64,000 nucleotides of DNA, taken from contig OX597815.1 of the NCBI GenBank assembly GCA_951406725.2, forward strand, positions 189,844,001 through 189,908,000. The letters are read 5' to 3'. Shown here in pieces: positions 40,095-53,257 of this stretch. Numbering within the stretch: the stretch's first letter is position 1; each line of letters starts with the position of its first letter. A model generated the notes under the pieces. That model ran no database searches and was not told the origin of the DNA. It was given only the letters and a program-made list of their open reading frames with translations. Source of the stretch: Octopus vulgaris (Eukaryota). A program made the position numbers and the translations under genes.

Positions 40095-40918
40095 TACGAG
40101 CATGAGCTAAAAATTTCATAGGTTGACAATGAAGGAGTGGTGCTAGAGCTGTGAATTGAATTCTTACATGATTTAATTTCAATTCTCCTTAATTACCTCT
40201 GCCTTAGCGAAGGCGGAGGTATTGTTTCAGTCGTATTTGTCTGTTTTTCCTTGGACAAGATATCTAAAGAACCGCTTGAAGGACTCGGATGAAACATTCA
40301 GGATTGTTTGGCCTCGTGACTAGCACGAACTGATTAGATTTTGGGATCGATCCGGTACCAGACAAGGATTCTGGATTATTTTTCTGGGTTTTTTTACTTA
40401 AATTTTGAGAGCGTTCGGGTTCGTTTTTAGTATTCTCATTTGTGAGAGAAGTCAAGTTTATTTCAGATATTCTCATTCTAAAAATCATCTCTGGCTAATC
40501 TTTGAGAGGACGTTGGTGTTGCCTTGGCAGAGGTTTGCGCTCTCTGAGTGCTCTTGTTGATAATTGCACTGTTTCATTCCAGGTAAACTGTCATCTGACT
40601 CTTCAAGGAAGACTTCAAGAGTAACTAGTAGTGACTTCTCTTGAAAATGGACAAAAGTTGGCTTCGTGGTGTTATCAGGTACCAGCAGAAAAAAAGGTTT
40701 TAGACCCTAAGGTCATACTGATATGGTTACTACATTAGGGTAAGGCGCTCCAGTTTTTGGCTGTGTGGTAAGTAGCTTGCTAACCAACCACATGGTTCCA
40801 GGTTCAGTCCCACTGCGTGGCATCTTGGGCAAGTGTCTTCTGCTATAGCCCCGGGCCGACCAATGCCTTGTGAGTGGATTTGGTAGACGGAAACTGAAAG
40901 AAGCCTGTCGTATATATG

Positions 40919-40951
<33 letters not shown>

Positions 40952-41470
40952 TTGTGTGTCTGTGTTTGTCCCCCTAGCATTGCTTGACAACCAATGCTGG
41001 TGTGTTTACGTCCCCGTCACTTAGCGGTTCGGCAAAAGAGACCGATAGAATAAGTACTGGGCTTACAAAGAATAAGTCCCAGGGTCGATTTGCTCGACTA
41101 AAGGCGGTGCTCCAGCATGGCCGCAGTCAAATGACTGAAACAAGTAAAAGAGTAAAAGAGTGCAAAAGTAGGCAGCTGAATTCAGAAGGGGAGGGGAATC
41201 TTGAAAGTGATCCCAGTTCTGGAAATCCTGAGTCTGCCATCAACGAGGAAAACATTGATCGGGTTCACCACATGGCGATGAATGACAGGCGATTGACAAT
41301 AAATCAAATAAGCAATTCTATTAGCATATCCCGTGACAGAGTTGAAAATATCATGTACAATGAACTTGGCGGCATGACGACGGTTTCTACTCGGTGGGTA
41401 CCACGGTCTTTCTTCTGACACCTGATCAAAACTGATTAAGGCTGATCACATCACGGGAAAACTTGACAAC
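40095..41470 (+). mobile_element. Decayed mariner with nested HINE and SINE (40758-41160)
   Basis: ENIDRVHHMAMNDRRLTI...STRWVPR mariner motif in ORF 40984..41418. Confidence 0.8.
40191..40558 (+). mobile_element. Helentron-associated (HINE/DINE-1-like) non-autonomous element
   Basis: Sub-terminal inverted repeats acctctgcc / ggcagaggt, 5' palindrome, 3' hairpin gcgctc-tct-gagtgc, T-rich ends. Confidence 0.7.
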
Positions 41471-42023
41471 GAGACCGAGGTGTTTTTGTTCATATTTTGA
41501 TTGTAAAGTGACAACACAAAAAATAACTGAGGCCCAAATACTTTGTCTAAAGAGACTCACACAAACCCTTAGAATCCTTTCAGCCATATGCATCTTGAAC
41601 AGCCGATAAGGTTTGTGATCACCAAGTATTTTTAATTCTTGTTAATTCTCGCTGCAGCGTTGCTTTCCGTGACATACAGGGTCTTTCTACGGACTTTTAT
41701 TCTTTGCATTAGGATCCAGCAAAGCCTTGTAAATTGATTGTTTTTCCTTTGGTAGCAGGGACATATCCTTGTTGTTGTTATTAAATCGGCCTTTGCGTTT
41801 CTTTCTTTTTACTCCCAATGTAGCGATGCTCAAATCATACACCTGGTCCTTGAAATTCGTTCAAGCTTCATCGAAATTGATATCATTGAACTTGTTTTAT
41901 ACAAGTTCTAATATATCCGATTGAGTTAATTTAGCAATATCAATTTGCGTTAGACGGTTCGCCCTATTTATGCATATTTCCTTATGTATAGATGCTTACA
42001 CACACACACACACGCACACATAG

Positions 42024-42059
<36 letters not shown>

Positions 42060-42234
42060 GCATATACATATACATATATATATATATATATGTACTTACA
42101 TATATACATGTATATACACACATACACACACATAGATACATACATACATACATACATACATACATACATACATACATACATACATACATACATACATACA
42201 TGCATGCATACATATTATATATATATATATATCT

Positions 42235-42552
42235 TCTTTTATTTGTTTCAGCCATGGTGGAGCACTGCCTTCAGTCGAGCAAATCAACCTCAGGACTTAT
42301 TCTTTATTACGGGGATATAAACACACCAGCGTCGGTTGTCAAGCGATGTTGGGGGAATAAACAGACACACAAACATACACACACATACGACAGGCTTCTT
42401 TCAGTTTCCGTCTACCAAATCCACTCACAAGGCTTTGGTCGGCCCCGACGCTATACTAGAACACACTTGCCCAAAAAGCCATGCGGTGGGACTGAACCCA
42501 GAACCATGTGGTTGGTAAGCAAGCTACTTACCACACAGCCACTACTGCACCT
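42235..42552 (-). mobile_element. Major SINE with internal deletions
   Basis: Matches other copies. Confidence 0.85.
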
Positions 42553-42663
42553 ATGTATATGTATATTTGTATCTCTCTCTCTCCCTCTGTATTATATCTT
42601 GATGGATGGATGAATGGATGCATACATTTATATATATATATATAAAGATATATATATATATAA

Positions 42664-42713
<50 letters not shown>

Positions 42714-43012
42714 GTGAGGTAAACAGATAGGGAGAAAGATGCATACTTACATGGCATATTATTGCATATTTTAAATATTTACTTTGCAACGTCAAGGATT
42801 AAATTTATTTTTCACATCTAATTGCTTTCAATAACGATAAAAAATTCGCTGAGTTTACTCCTTCAGTGTTATTAAGGACATAAATATAAACTTGTCAGTT
42901 CTTGAATTTATAAGGAGAGTCAAGTTGTTTTAGTGAGAAACATCGTAAATTTAGGAGTCCTTAATGGAAGTTAGAACACTTAATTATGCATGTATGTATG
43001 TTACAGACACAT

Positions 43013-43052
<40 letters not shown>

Positions 43053-43369
43053 GCGGACGTGTATATAATATATATGCGTGTGTTTGTGCACATATATATG
43101 CCTATGCATGTACAAGATATATGTGTGTGCATAATACATGCAGGCACGTATATATATGTGTGCATATACATGTACATGTATACACACTCACACTCATACA
43201 TGACAATATGTGTTTTTTATATGCGCGAAAGCAACAAACATTAACTGAATAAACCTCTCATTACGAGTGTAGATCAGAAGGAATTTTATTGACAGTAACT
43301 TCGAAATTTCCATAGATGGCAGGTTGATCAGCAAACGTGCAATTAGTTGTACCTAGTGAGTATATTGGC

Positions 43370-43410
<41 letters not shown>

Positions 43411-43445
43411 CTTAATTAAAATAAAAACATGATGCCAAGGATTCA

Positions 43446-43523
43446 GCAGTACATATGTTTCGGGCCTTTATTAGACGGATTTATAACAATGCATAATGTG
43501 TGTCTATGGCCTTCTTCAGCCGC
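43446..43523 (-). ncRNA. Hammerhead motif (left arm of fold-back 43425-43689)
   Basis: Reverse complement of 43591-43668 with one stem I substitution. Confidence 0.8.
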
Positions 43524-43590
43524 GCACAATTACTACCCCAAGGACGTAGAATTTTTGATGTAATACATGTCCTTGGGGTAGTAATTGTGC

Positions 43591-43668
43591 GCGGCTGAAG
43601 AAGGCCATAGACACACATTATGCATTGTTATAAATCCGTCTAATAAAGGCCCGAAACATATGTACCGC
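43591..43668 (+). ncRNA. Type I hammerhead ribozyme motif
   Basis: gcgg CTGAAGA a ggcc.tagac...gtcta..ggcc c GAAAC ATAT GTA ccgc; palindromic stem III. Confidence 0.85.
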
Positions 43669-43851
43669 TGAATCCTTGGCATCATGTTTACTCCACCACC
43701 TACACCACCAAACGGTATATACAGGTGCTTACAATTATCAAGTACTCACCCTAAATTTCTATATATATATATATATATATATAAAGGTAGAAGAAAATGG
43801 AGATTGTGAAGTTAATAAGAGTTTATTATCAACAACAAATTGATCATTATT

Positions 43852-43930
43852 CCTTACAGCTGTTTCAATTATACACAGTGAAATTAATTAAATGTTAAGT
43901 TCATATTTCTGAGCATAATATCTTCAGAGG
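43852..43930 (-). ncRNA. Type I hammerhead ribozyme motif
   Basis: Minus strand: cct CTGAAGA t attat...ataat t GAAAC AGCT GTA agg. Confidence 0.75.
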
Positions 43931-43971
43931 GGAAAAAATATACCATTAGATGTTCTATATACTTGTTTATA

Positions 43972-44026
<55 letters not shown>

Positions 44027-44093
44027 ACCGCGTGTGTACCGTTGGCGATTTTTTCCCTCTGTCTTCCCTTCTCTGGATCTTTCCTTCTCCTAT

Positions 44094-44128
44094 GTTTCCG
44101 ACGAAGAGCTCCGCTCGAAACGTTAGAC
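44094..44128 (+). ncRNA. HHR-like motif, CCGACGA variant, in element 44020-44228 between TA tracts
   Basis: gttt CCGACGA a gagc-tcc-gctc GAAAC GTT agac. Confidence 0.65.
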
Positions 44129-44227
44129 CCTCCTTCTTTTCTTCTTTCCTGAGCGTCCAATAATACTGTATTTGTTCCACGTCCTCGCGTTGTTGTGTTT
44201 TTTTTTGTGCTTTCATGTTTGGATTAA

Positions 44228-44278
<51 letters not shown>

Positions 44279-44983
44279 TATATATATATATATATATAAG
44301 TTCAGCAAAATTTAGATTCAGATGAATATGGTACTTAAGTTAAAGGCACCAGAATTTGGTATGGTATTATCCATACAAATCAAATAATCATAATAAGCAA
44401 CAAGGATATCCAAGGTAGTGTAGTACAATCATTTCATGCTACTTCATTTTATTAAACACTGTAAGTATTACATCAGTTTTAAAAGTATTGTTAATACTTA
44501 CATCACATCATAACATCATGAATAAAAGACAGGAATTAATGATACGATGTAAACATATTTACTACACTACTTTTAAGATTATTCCCTAGATAATTAATAA
44601 TTAATCATGTGAGTAATTGGATATTATAACACCCACAAACCATGGTATAATGGATTAGGAATAATGCATACTTAAGTAAAATAGCAACGGAGATTTTTTT
44701 TAGTTACTGCTATCATAGAAATATCCTTCCACATCTATCTTTTATTCTTTTTTATGATAGAAGGATTCCATTTATATTATTTTTCATTTTCCTATATTCA
44801 TTCTCTTATTTTTCACATTTTATTTTCTTTGTATTTTCTGTTGTCTTGGTTTTATACTCATTTTAATTTATATTTTGTTTGGTTTTTGTTTTTACTTATT
44901 CTTCTCATTTAATACCAGTGGAATTTACTACACCACCCTCTCAATGAATCGTGGCTTAGCACACCATTGCAGCAATACCAATG

Positions 44984-46535
44984 GTATTGAGTCATCCCAT
45001 AAATAATGCGTTTTTTCAATTGCATGAACTAAAAGTCCAATCAGGACGGGATGAACTACCTGTATCGAGTTGCAAGCCAAAATTTTACCTTTTACTTATT
45101 CTTAGTGCAGATTCTGAAGAGTGCAGTACGATTTTAACAGTTATTTTTTTCAAAGCTACAAAGGAAGTGACAAAGGATCATATTCAGCATATTTTTATTT
45201 ATGAGTTCAATAAAGGCAACAACGCAACGGAAAGTGCGAGTAATATTAATGCAGTATATGGGGATCGGTCAAGAAGCGTAACCCAGTGTCAATGAGTGAC
45301 TGGTGACGAGAAATGGGTTCTCTATAAAAATGTCAAGCGCCGAAGACAGTGGGTAGGAAAATAGAAACATCGACACTCCAGTCTAAAAAAGGTCTTCACC
45401 TACGTAAGGTGTTGTTATATGTTTGGTGGTATATGAAAGGCTTAGTCCACTTTGAACTTTTAGACCCAAACCAAACGAGACCAAATCGGGTCAATGGGTT
45501 CCTCACAATCTTACCCAATCTAATCACGCGCAGAGAGTGAATGCGTGCTCTTCTTCGCTGTCACGTCTCACGAATGAATTTTTTTTTTTTTTGGACTGAA
45601 TAGTGACCGGTGACGAGAAATGGGTTCTCTATAAAAATGTCAAGCGCCGAAGACAGTGGGTAGGGAAAATAGAAAACGGTGCTCCACCTACCATATTCGT
45701 TGGACATTGCCCCATCTGATTATCATTTATACCGCAGGCTTCAAAATCATTTGAACGGAAAAAATATGAATTTTGTAGACGAGGTGAGAACAGTATTGGA
45801 GAGGTATTTTTCGTCATGACAAGTGAATTTTAGGATAATGTTTGACCACATACAGCAAAGATAACATTCCAAAGGCTGGAGCAGTTTGAATGGAAAACGG
45901 TGCTCCACCCACCATATTCCGCAGACTTCAAAATCATTTGAACGGAAAAAATATGAATTTTGTAGACGAGGTGAGAACAGTATTGGAGGGGTATTTTCGT
46001 CATGACAAGTGAATTTTGGAAGTGGAGCCTTGTAGAAAATGATCGTTAGATATTCTAAGCCTGATGTAGTCTTCGTAGTACTGTGACCTTACGTATTATA
46101 AGTTACAAGCATTATCGCCCGGCGTTGCTCGGATTTGTAAGGGAAATCGACCCCGGACTTATTCGTTGTAAGCCCAGTACTTATTCTATCGGTCTCATTT
46201 TGCCGAACCGCTAAGTGACGGGGACGTAAACACACCAGCATCGGTTGTCAAGCAATGCTAGGGAGACAAACACAGACAGACACACATACATATACATATA
46301 TACGACAGGCTTCTTTCAGTTTCTGTCTACCAAATCCACTCACAAGGCATTGGTTGGCCCGGGGCTATAGCAGAAGACACTTGCCCAAGGTGCCACACAG
46401 TGGGACTGAACCCGGAACCATGAGGTTGGTTAGCAAGCTACTTACCACACAGCCACTCCTGCGCCTATGTATGACTTAATTTTGAAAAATAAAAGAAGTA
46501 TAAAGAAACTGTACTATTTATGGGATGACCAGATA
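44984..46535 (+). mobile_element. Rearranged mariner with TIRs and nested Helitron end plus SINE (46105-46465)
   Basis: TIRs gtcatcccataaata / tatttatgggatgac; VTGDEKWVLY and HLPYSLDIAPSDYHL motifs; internal duplications. Confidence 0.85.
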
Positions 46536-47246
46536 TATCGTTAGATATTCTAAGCCTGGTGTAGTCTTTGTACTATTTTGTAGTACTTTGTAGTACATTG
46601 TAGTAACACCTTACGTGTTATAAGTTAATTATTTATTTTATTCCCTGACTTCCAGCCCTAACTATAACTATTAAATGTCCTGTACTAATATGAGTTCCTG
46701 TAACTCCGTAACAAGATAGATGTTGATACTTCACACTTAAAATAACTAGAAATACCCAGCTTCTCAATACCATAGCGTCCAAAATATTATAATAATCGCC
46801 AATAGCCTGCCTCTGGCCCCTAACGAATTCGTTCTGCATCAACTTTCTATACCGGATGTTAAGAATATTCATCCGTCGCAAGAGAAAACACCACCCTTGC
46901 ATAGCGTCGAAAATATTCTTGAATTCGTCGAAAGCCGGCCAAGTTGTTGAGTGTCAAATTTCAATAGTGGATGTTAATACTATTGAACCATGGTAAGAGA
47001 GAATAATAGTTTAAGGCTGATGGTCAGAAACAAGCGGCCAAATTCTGTGTAGATACAACAATGATCATATTCCTTCCTCTTCTTTTCTTTTCTTTACTTC
47101 TCTTTTCTTTTATTCCTTTACGTTGGTAGTTAATGTGTTGGGCTCTGACGACGATAGCGTTCCAATGGTCGATCACTGTATTTTCAATCCCTCAATCGAT
47201 CGATTAATTAAATTGAACCATGAGCGCACCCAAAATAAATACTTAT

Positions 47247-47662
47247 ATCTTTACTACCCACAAGGGGCTAAACACAGAAGGGACAAACAAGGACAGACAA
47301 AGGGATTAAGTCGATTATATCGACCCCAGTGCGTAACTGGTACTTAATTTATCGATCCCGAAAGGATGAAAGGCAAAGTCGACCTCGGCGGAATTTGAAC
47401 TCAGAGCGTAACGGCAGACGAAATACCTATTTCTTTACTACCCACAAGGGGCTAAACACAGAGAGGAGACAAACAAGGACAGACAAACAGATTAAGTCGA
47501 TTATACCGACTCCAGTGCATAACTGGTACTTATTTAATCGACCCCGAAAGGATGAAAGGTAGAGTCGACCTCGGCGGAATTTGAACTCAGAAGATAGCGG
47601 CGGATGAAATACTGCTAAGCATTTTGCCCGGCGTGCTAACGATTCTGCCAGCTCGCCGCCTT
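47247..47662 (-). mobile_element. Second SINE family, tandem dimer
   Basis: Two direct copies (47247-47427, 47428-47662). Confidence 0.85.
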
Positions 47663-47885
47663 CCAAAATGTATACCTGAAACAGCTGTAACTCTATAATG
47701 ATCAAGAGACCCATTATTTATGCCATACATTCACACACACACACATCCGCATGAATTAAGTTTTATCAACTGGTAAACATACTTTTAAGTATCTTTTATC
47801 TTATTATAAGCCTCGAAGCTTATACTCATTCAAGAATAAACATAATCATTCAAGAAATAAACTCTTGGAAACCATTGGAACACGC

Positions 47886-48296
47886 GGATCTTTTCGGTTT
47901 GACCGGCAGTTTTTAAAAATAATTTCCACGTAACTAAACACTTTTAAACATCGTATACTGGTAGAATGTGTTTATAAAATATCTTTTTCTCTTGGCTTTA
48001 TTGAGAAAATTCTATGGTTTGTAAGATATTTGTTGTTTCTTTTTCTTCAATTTCTGCAATTTCAACCAATCAATGACGTCTATTGAGGTGAAAACATTCT
48101 ATGCCGTATGAATATGTCTATCGTTTAAGAAACAGATTGGGTTTATTTACATTTCTGAAGAAAAAAAGATAGCCTTCCCCCATCCCTAACCCTAAAACAG
48201 ATTGAAATGCAATAGATCGATACTAGGGTCATAATTATGGGTGACAATTTCATATGACACCGCTAGAAAAATCTGCCGGTCAAACCGAAAAGATCC
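47886..48296. mobile_element. MITE with GG-terminal TIRs (Merlin-like)
   Basis: ggatcttttcggtttgaccggcag / ctgccggtcaaaccgaaaagatcc; imperfect 8-bp flanks gaacacgc / aaactcgc. Confidence 0.8.
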
Positions 48297-49216
48297 AAAC
48301 TCGCAGCCAACTTTGTTGTTTCTTGCTTCTATTATTGACAAGCACAAAATTCTCATTTAGAAACAATTCGTTTTACTTCCTTACAATCCTCTCGTCATGC
48401 GTCACCCGTTACCATTATATACATGTTTGAAACTTTCGTCAGCATACACTTTTAATTTTTAGCAAGATGCCTGATATTTTATTACATATGCACAATTTCT
48501 ATCTCACTTATGATTTTCTATTTTCTATGTGCGTATTTTTTTCCAATTCACCACACACCTTTTCTCCTCTTTTCCCGCATCGATTTTTTTTCAACTACAG
48601 TTTGTTTTATGTCAGTTTTTTCGGCACCTAATCAAAGCTTTTTACGATATTAAAATATTTTCTGTATCATCTATTACGTCCTTGTTTCCCATGTTTTATT
48701 GATTAATGTCTGTAAATTGGAAAACCTGAAATTCGGAGTTATCGTTGAAGTTTTCAACAGAGAGCATTTTATTTCTATTCCATCTTGAAACTATTATCTG
48801 AAATATTCGATCGTGAAAACTGAAAACCTTAAAAGATTAAGGTGGATCATTAAAAAGTACGTAAATAAAAATATGAGACTCAGAACACGGAGAAATCTGT
48901 TACTTAACATGGACTTAAGAAACATCTTTAAAAAATCCCAGAAAATTCTACAATTGCTTCCGAAGATTGTTACCAAAGAAATTGTCGTAGTTACACGATT
49001 AAAAAAATGCTCCTGGTGGATAAGACCAAAAAATTTCAGGTTGTTACTTAACATTTAAAACAACATATAACTAAATCTGAAACCACCACAGACACACACG
49101 TCATGAACCTAGAAACTCAGAAAGCTTTACTGCCCTTAATATTTCTTTCAGGTACCACATACGATACTTTAGGTCTAGAAATCTAACTACACTATCAACT
49201 CTAAATGTAAGTTGAT

Positions 49217-49450
49217 ACCTATTTCTTTACTGCCCACAAGGGGCTACACACAGAGGGGACAAACAAGGACAGACAAACGGATTAAGTCGATTACATCGAC
49301 CCCAGTGCATAACTAGTACTTATTTAATCGACCCCGAAAGGATGAAAGGCAAAGTCGACCTCGGCGGAATTTGAACTCAGAACGTAACGGTAGACGAAAT
49401 ACCGCTAAGCATTTCGCCCGGCGTGCTAACGATTCTGCCAGCTCGCCGCC
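49217..49450 (-). mobile_element. Second SINE family with target duplication
   Basis: gtaagttgatacc on both sides. Confidence 0.9.
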
Positions 49451-50199
49451 GTAAGTTGATACCACAAAATAAATTGAGTTAGAAATAGTTAGCAGGCAAA
49501 TTACCTGGGAATTTATTCTTGGGGTTATAATGGGAGGCAAGGTTCACGATATCGGATGATTATCGCCTTGTCCCATTAAAATTGTTCTTTGTATTGTTTC
49601 AGGCTCCAGCAGGCGAGGAAAGAAGTCTCAAGTGGAAATGCAAATTCACAACCAGTTTTATTTACATAGTTACACAGAATAAATGAAGTGTGTCGCTCTC
49701 AATAGACCATCTCAAGCTGTGTACGTTTCGTTGTATCTCGGTTAACGCGGGCCCATTACCTCTGGAGATACGACGGGCAGGCAGGACTAGCCTGCAGACC
49801 CAGCCAGCGAATATGTATATTTAGCAAGCGCTTGCGGTGAAGAAGAGAGAGAATCTATTTGTTGGGCCCTTATATCCAGTTTGCCATCGCGAGCTTGTGC
49901 CGCTAGAAGGTAAATATGTATATAAACGATATTATTTCCATTGCGAAACAACTATATGGAAACAGGTGTTTCAAATTTTGGCACAAGGCCAGTAATTTAA
50001 TCGACTTCCCCAGTACTCAACTGATGCTTATTTTATCGATCTCCGAAAGGATAAATGGCAAAATCGACCTCAACGGAATTTTAGCTCAGAACGTACATAC
50101 AGACATAGTTACAGGTAGGTGGATAAATACGAAATACCGCTAAGCATTTTGCCTAGCCTGCTAACGATGTTGTCAGCTCACAGCCTTCACTAAATGGTT

Positions 50200-51600
50200 T
50201 TGAAGAGTCCATGGTAAGTAGTATTGTAAATTTACATAACTTGACATAACCGGTTTTTGTATGGCTATTCCTTCACTCTAACACTTTGACCTTTGCAAAT
50301 ACAATTGTAACGATTGACGAATCAAACATTAATATAAATAGGCGTTCAAGAAAACTCATTTACCTTTCGATAATTCCGCTTGGATAAGTAAAACAAAAAC
50401 AAGATAAATTATTTGATACTTGCATAGGCTAATTTAATGCGGTTCAATTGTGCAAATTAGAGACATTTATATCCTTGTCATTATAGGCAAAGGACACTTT
50501 ACAGAAAGGTTGGGTGGAATTTATAGAGAAGATGGACTCGCGAAATATGAGTGGATATGAATAGCCAGAATTAGGAAAGAACTAATAAAGCTATTTAAGG
50601 AAATAAGCGTACGCTTTACAGTAGATACTGTTCTTGGTATAGCTAACTTTTAGACATTACTTTCAATGAAGAGACAAAATATCAACCTTCATCATTAGCC
50701 TAATGAAAATTATGCTAAATAAATAAGAATTCCACACTCCTGGCTAATATTTTTTGTAATTCCTAACATTACTAAGGAAACCCGTTTGTCAGTGCTTCTC
50801 ATTATTAAAATGCATCTCCACGGAACATTGAATTCTTAGAGAAAATGCAATATCAGCATGCATCTAATATTTCAAAACGTAAAGTAGGAAACAGCGCATT
50901 ACGTGATGTAATCTCGTATATAATGTAAGGGTTAAAAGGAACGTAGATTTCGAGTTCTTTAAATTAATCTCGCTTCACTCTCCAAAACCATAAACCACAA
51001 AATTTGCAGTAGAAATTGATTAAGTTTTAGCTACACTACATGGATAAAAACTTCTCGTGTTCTATTAGAAAATACATTACCAACTGACTTTCTAATACAA
51101 TTAATTCAAATTATCGGTACTACTTGGGAACAGTGGTCCCGGTGCGCACACTCGCGTAGTCGCGCATCCGCGCTAGCTAGTCGTGACTAGTCGATCTTAC
51201 AACGACTACCTAGCAAAGTAAATAAAACACAAAATAAATTTTTTTACACAAAGTAAATAAAACACAAAAACAAAGTAAGGATCGACTAGTCACGACTAGC
51301 TAGCGCGGATGCGCGACTACGCGAGTGCGCACACTGTTCTCAAGTAGTACCCAAATCATCCACTTACCTGTAACTGTGTCTACTTTGTAGAAAAACGCAG
51401 CAACTATAGATTTTATTTTAACAAAAAGAAATATGCATTCATTTCATCAGCAAAATACCCAAGTGATCATTGCTTGAACTAGACTCGTTTATATACGTTT
51501 GTGACTGGAGTACGAGGTAATCTAAGGATGTTACACATGATAGATAAGTACTTTCTCTAAGAGAAGATTTATCTCTTATAAACTAACACCATGAAATTAT
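50200..51600 (+). pseudogene. Highly decayed Penelope-like reverse transcriptase
   Basis: Collinear remnants LDITGF, LFDTCIG*FNAVQLCKL, GIYREDGL, RIRKELIKLFK, ANFLDITF resemble FDVTMGSFDGAE..GLYRDDGL..NFLDVTF of PLE RTs. Confidence 0.7.
51116..51351. mobile_element. CpG-rich MITE with about 80-bp TIRs and 9-bp TSD (Merlin- or MULE-like)
   Basis: caaattatc|GGTACTACTTG...CAAGTAGTACC|caaatcatc. Confidence 0.85.
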
Positions 51601-51646
51601 ACAGCTTATGAGACATTTAATATTCTAATATTAGCTTTATCATTTA

Positions 51647-52040
51647 GTAGCAGTATTGCCCGGCGTTGCTCAGGTTTGTTTCGACCCTTTAGAATTGGAA
51701 TTTTTGAAAAGTAAAACTTTTGCATTATGTAGCTTGTTATTCTCTTTAAGTGAATATTTTTCTGGTTGAAATACACCGAAAAATGGCGACACAGGAGTAA
51801 AAAAATCGTAAAAAGTAGGTATTTTCATAGAAAAAAAAAGCACCTTTTTGATGTAAATAATTTTTGGTGTTAACATGGTCCGATTTGAATTTTGTCTTCT
51901 ACGGAATGAAGAGCAAGCCTTCTTCTATCATACTCTCAATTTTGGTCAACTTGTGCTGCAGGGTCTCGGAGGAGATAGTGTTAGTTGAAGGCTACCAAAC
52001 CTGCCATACACAGACAACGTCAGCTTTATATAGAGAGAGA
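51647..52040 (-). mobile_element. Non-autonomous Helitron (second subfamily)
   Basis: Homologous to 13049-13467. Confidence 0.8.
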
Positions 52041-52289
52041 TTACATGACTTAGGCAACAAACTTTACTTCACTTGTATACAATGTAATCTCAAATATAAT
52101 AAGACATGGCTGTGTGATTAAGACATTTGCCTTGCAACAATGTGGATTTTAGGATTCAGTTCTTACTATGCAGCAACTTGAGCAAGTGTCTTCTACTATA
52201 ATCCTCAGTCAGCCAATGCCTTGTGAGTGAATTTGGTAAATGGAAACTGTGTGGAAGCCTATCGTGCGTGTATATATGAATGTATATAA

Positions 52290-52672
52290 TTATTCAGTTT
52301 TATTTCAAGATTTCTTGCCAATAGAGAAAGAACAAGTTTCTAACCTAAATCCAGGGCTCCTTCATTGGAATTTCAACATCAACAACAGGGTATTTTTGTT
52401 TGTATGCATGTTTTCCTTTATGTATGTATTCTCATGCATATAGTTGCATATGTAGACATGCTCATATATATTTAAACGATAAATTTCTGGAAAGCTTTAC
52501 AGATTTTTACAGTTCCAGTGATGGATTGGATCAGTAATCTTCGAATTAGCTTTTTCCTTCCTGGTTTTCAGAAGCCTAATTTCTCAAGATTGGTATTTAG
52601 GCAGTGTGTTACATTTCCCAGAGCCCCCATAATTACAGTTATAAACCTGAACTTGTAATCTGGATAGAGCAA
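52290..52672 (-). mobile_element. 3' end of R4/Dong-like non-LTR retrotransposon
   Basis: Minus strand translates LLYPDYKFRFITVIMGALG...LEKLGF*...GTVKICKAFQKF, like the C-terminus of REL-endonuclease elements, followed by 3' UTR. Confidence 0.7.
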
Positions 52673-52716
52673 AATATATGTATGTTTGTATATGTGTATG
52701 TATGTGTATGTGGAGT

Positions 52717-53040
52717 GAAGGCACATGGTTTAGTGGTTAGGGCATTCTGCTCACGATTGTAAGGTCTTGAGTTCAATTCCTGGCAATGCGTTGTGTCCTT
52801 AAGCAAGAAACTTTATTTCACATTGCTCCAGTCCACTCAGCTGGCAAAAATGAATTGTACCTCTAATTCAAAGGGCCAGCATTGTCACACACTGTGTCAT
52901 GCTGAATCTCCCTGAGAACTTCATTAAGGGTCCAAGTGTCCGTGGAGTGCTCAACCACTTGCCCGTTAATTTCATGAGCATGCTATTCCATTGATTGTAT
53001 CAGCTGGGACCCTTGTTGTCATAACCAACAGAGTGCTCCT
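52717..53040 (+). mobile_element. tRNA-derived SINE
   Basis: A/B boxes; homologous to 26408-26670. Confidence 0.8.
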
Positions 53041-53257
53041 GTGTATGTTTGTGTGTGTTTGTTTTTGTCCTCACCACTGCTTGACAAACATTTGAGTTTA
53101 TTTATGTGCCTATAACTTACCAATTCAATTAAGTGACTGATAGTTTTGGGGACAAAATAAGTACTGGGGTTGATTTATCCTATCAAACCATTTAAAGTGG
53201 TGTTCCAGTATGGCCACAGTCCAATGATTGGAACAATTAAAACGTTAACCAATTAAC

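Noticed and set aside
48417-48447. Minus-strand CTGACGA...CAAACATGTA
   Set aside because: G12 is missing and stem II is negligible; at best a dead relic
49595-49950. Possible solo LTR (TGTTTC...GAAACA, TATA and AATAAA on minus strand)
   Set aside because: No target-site duplication and no second copy
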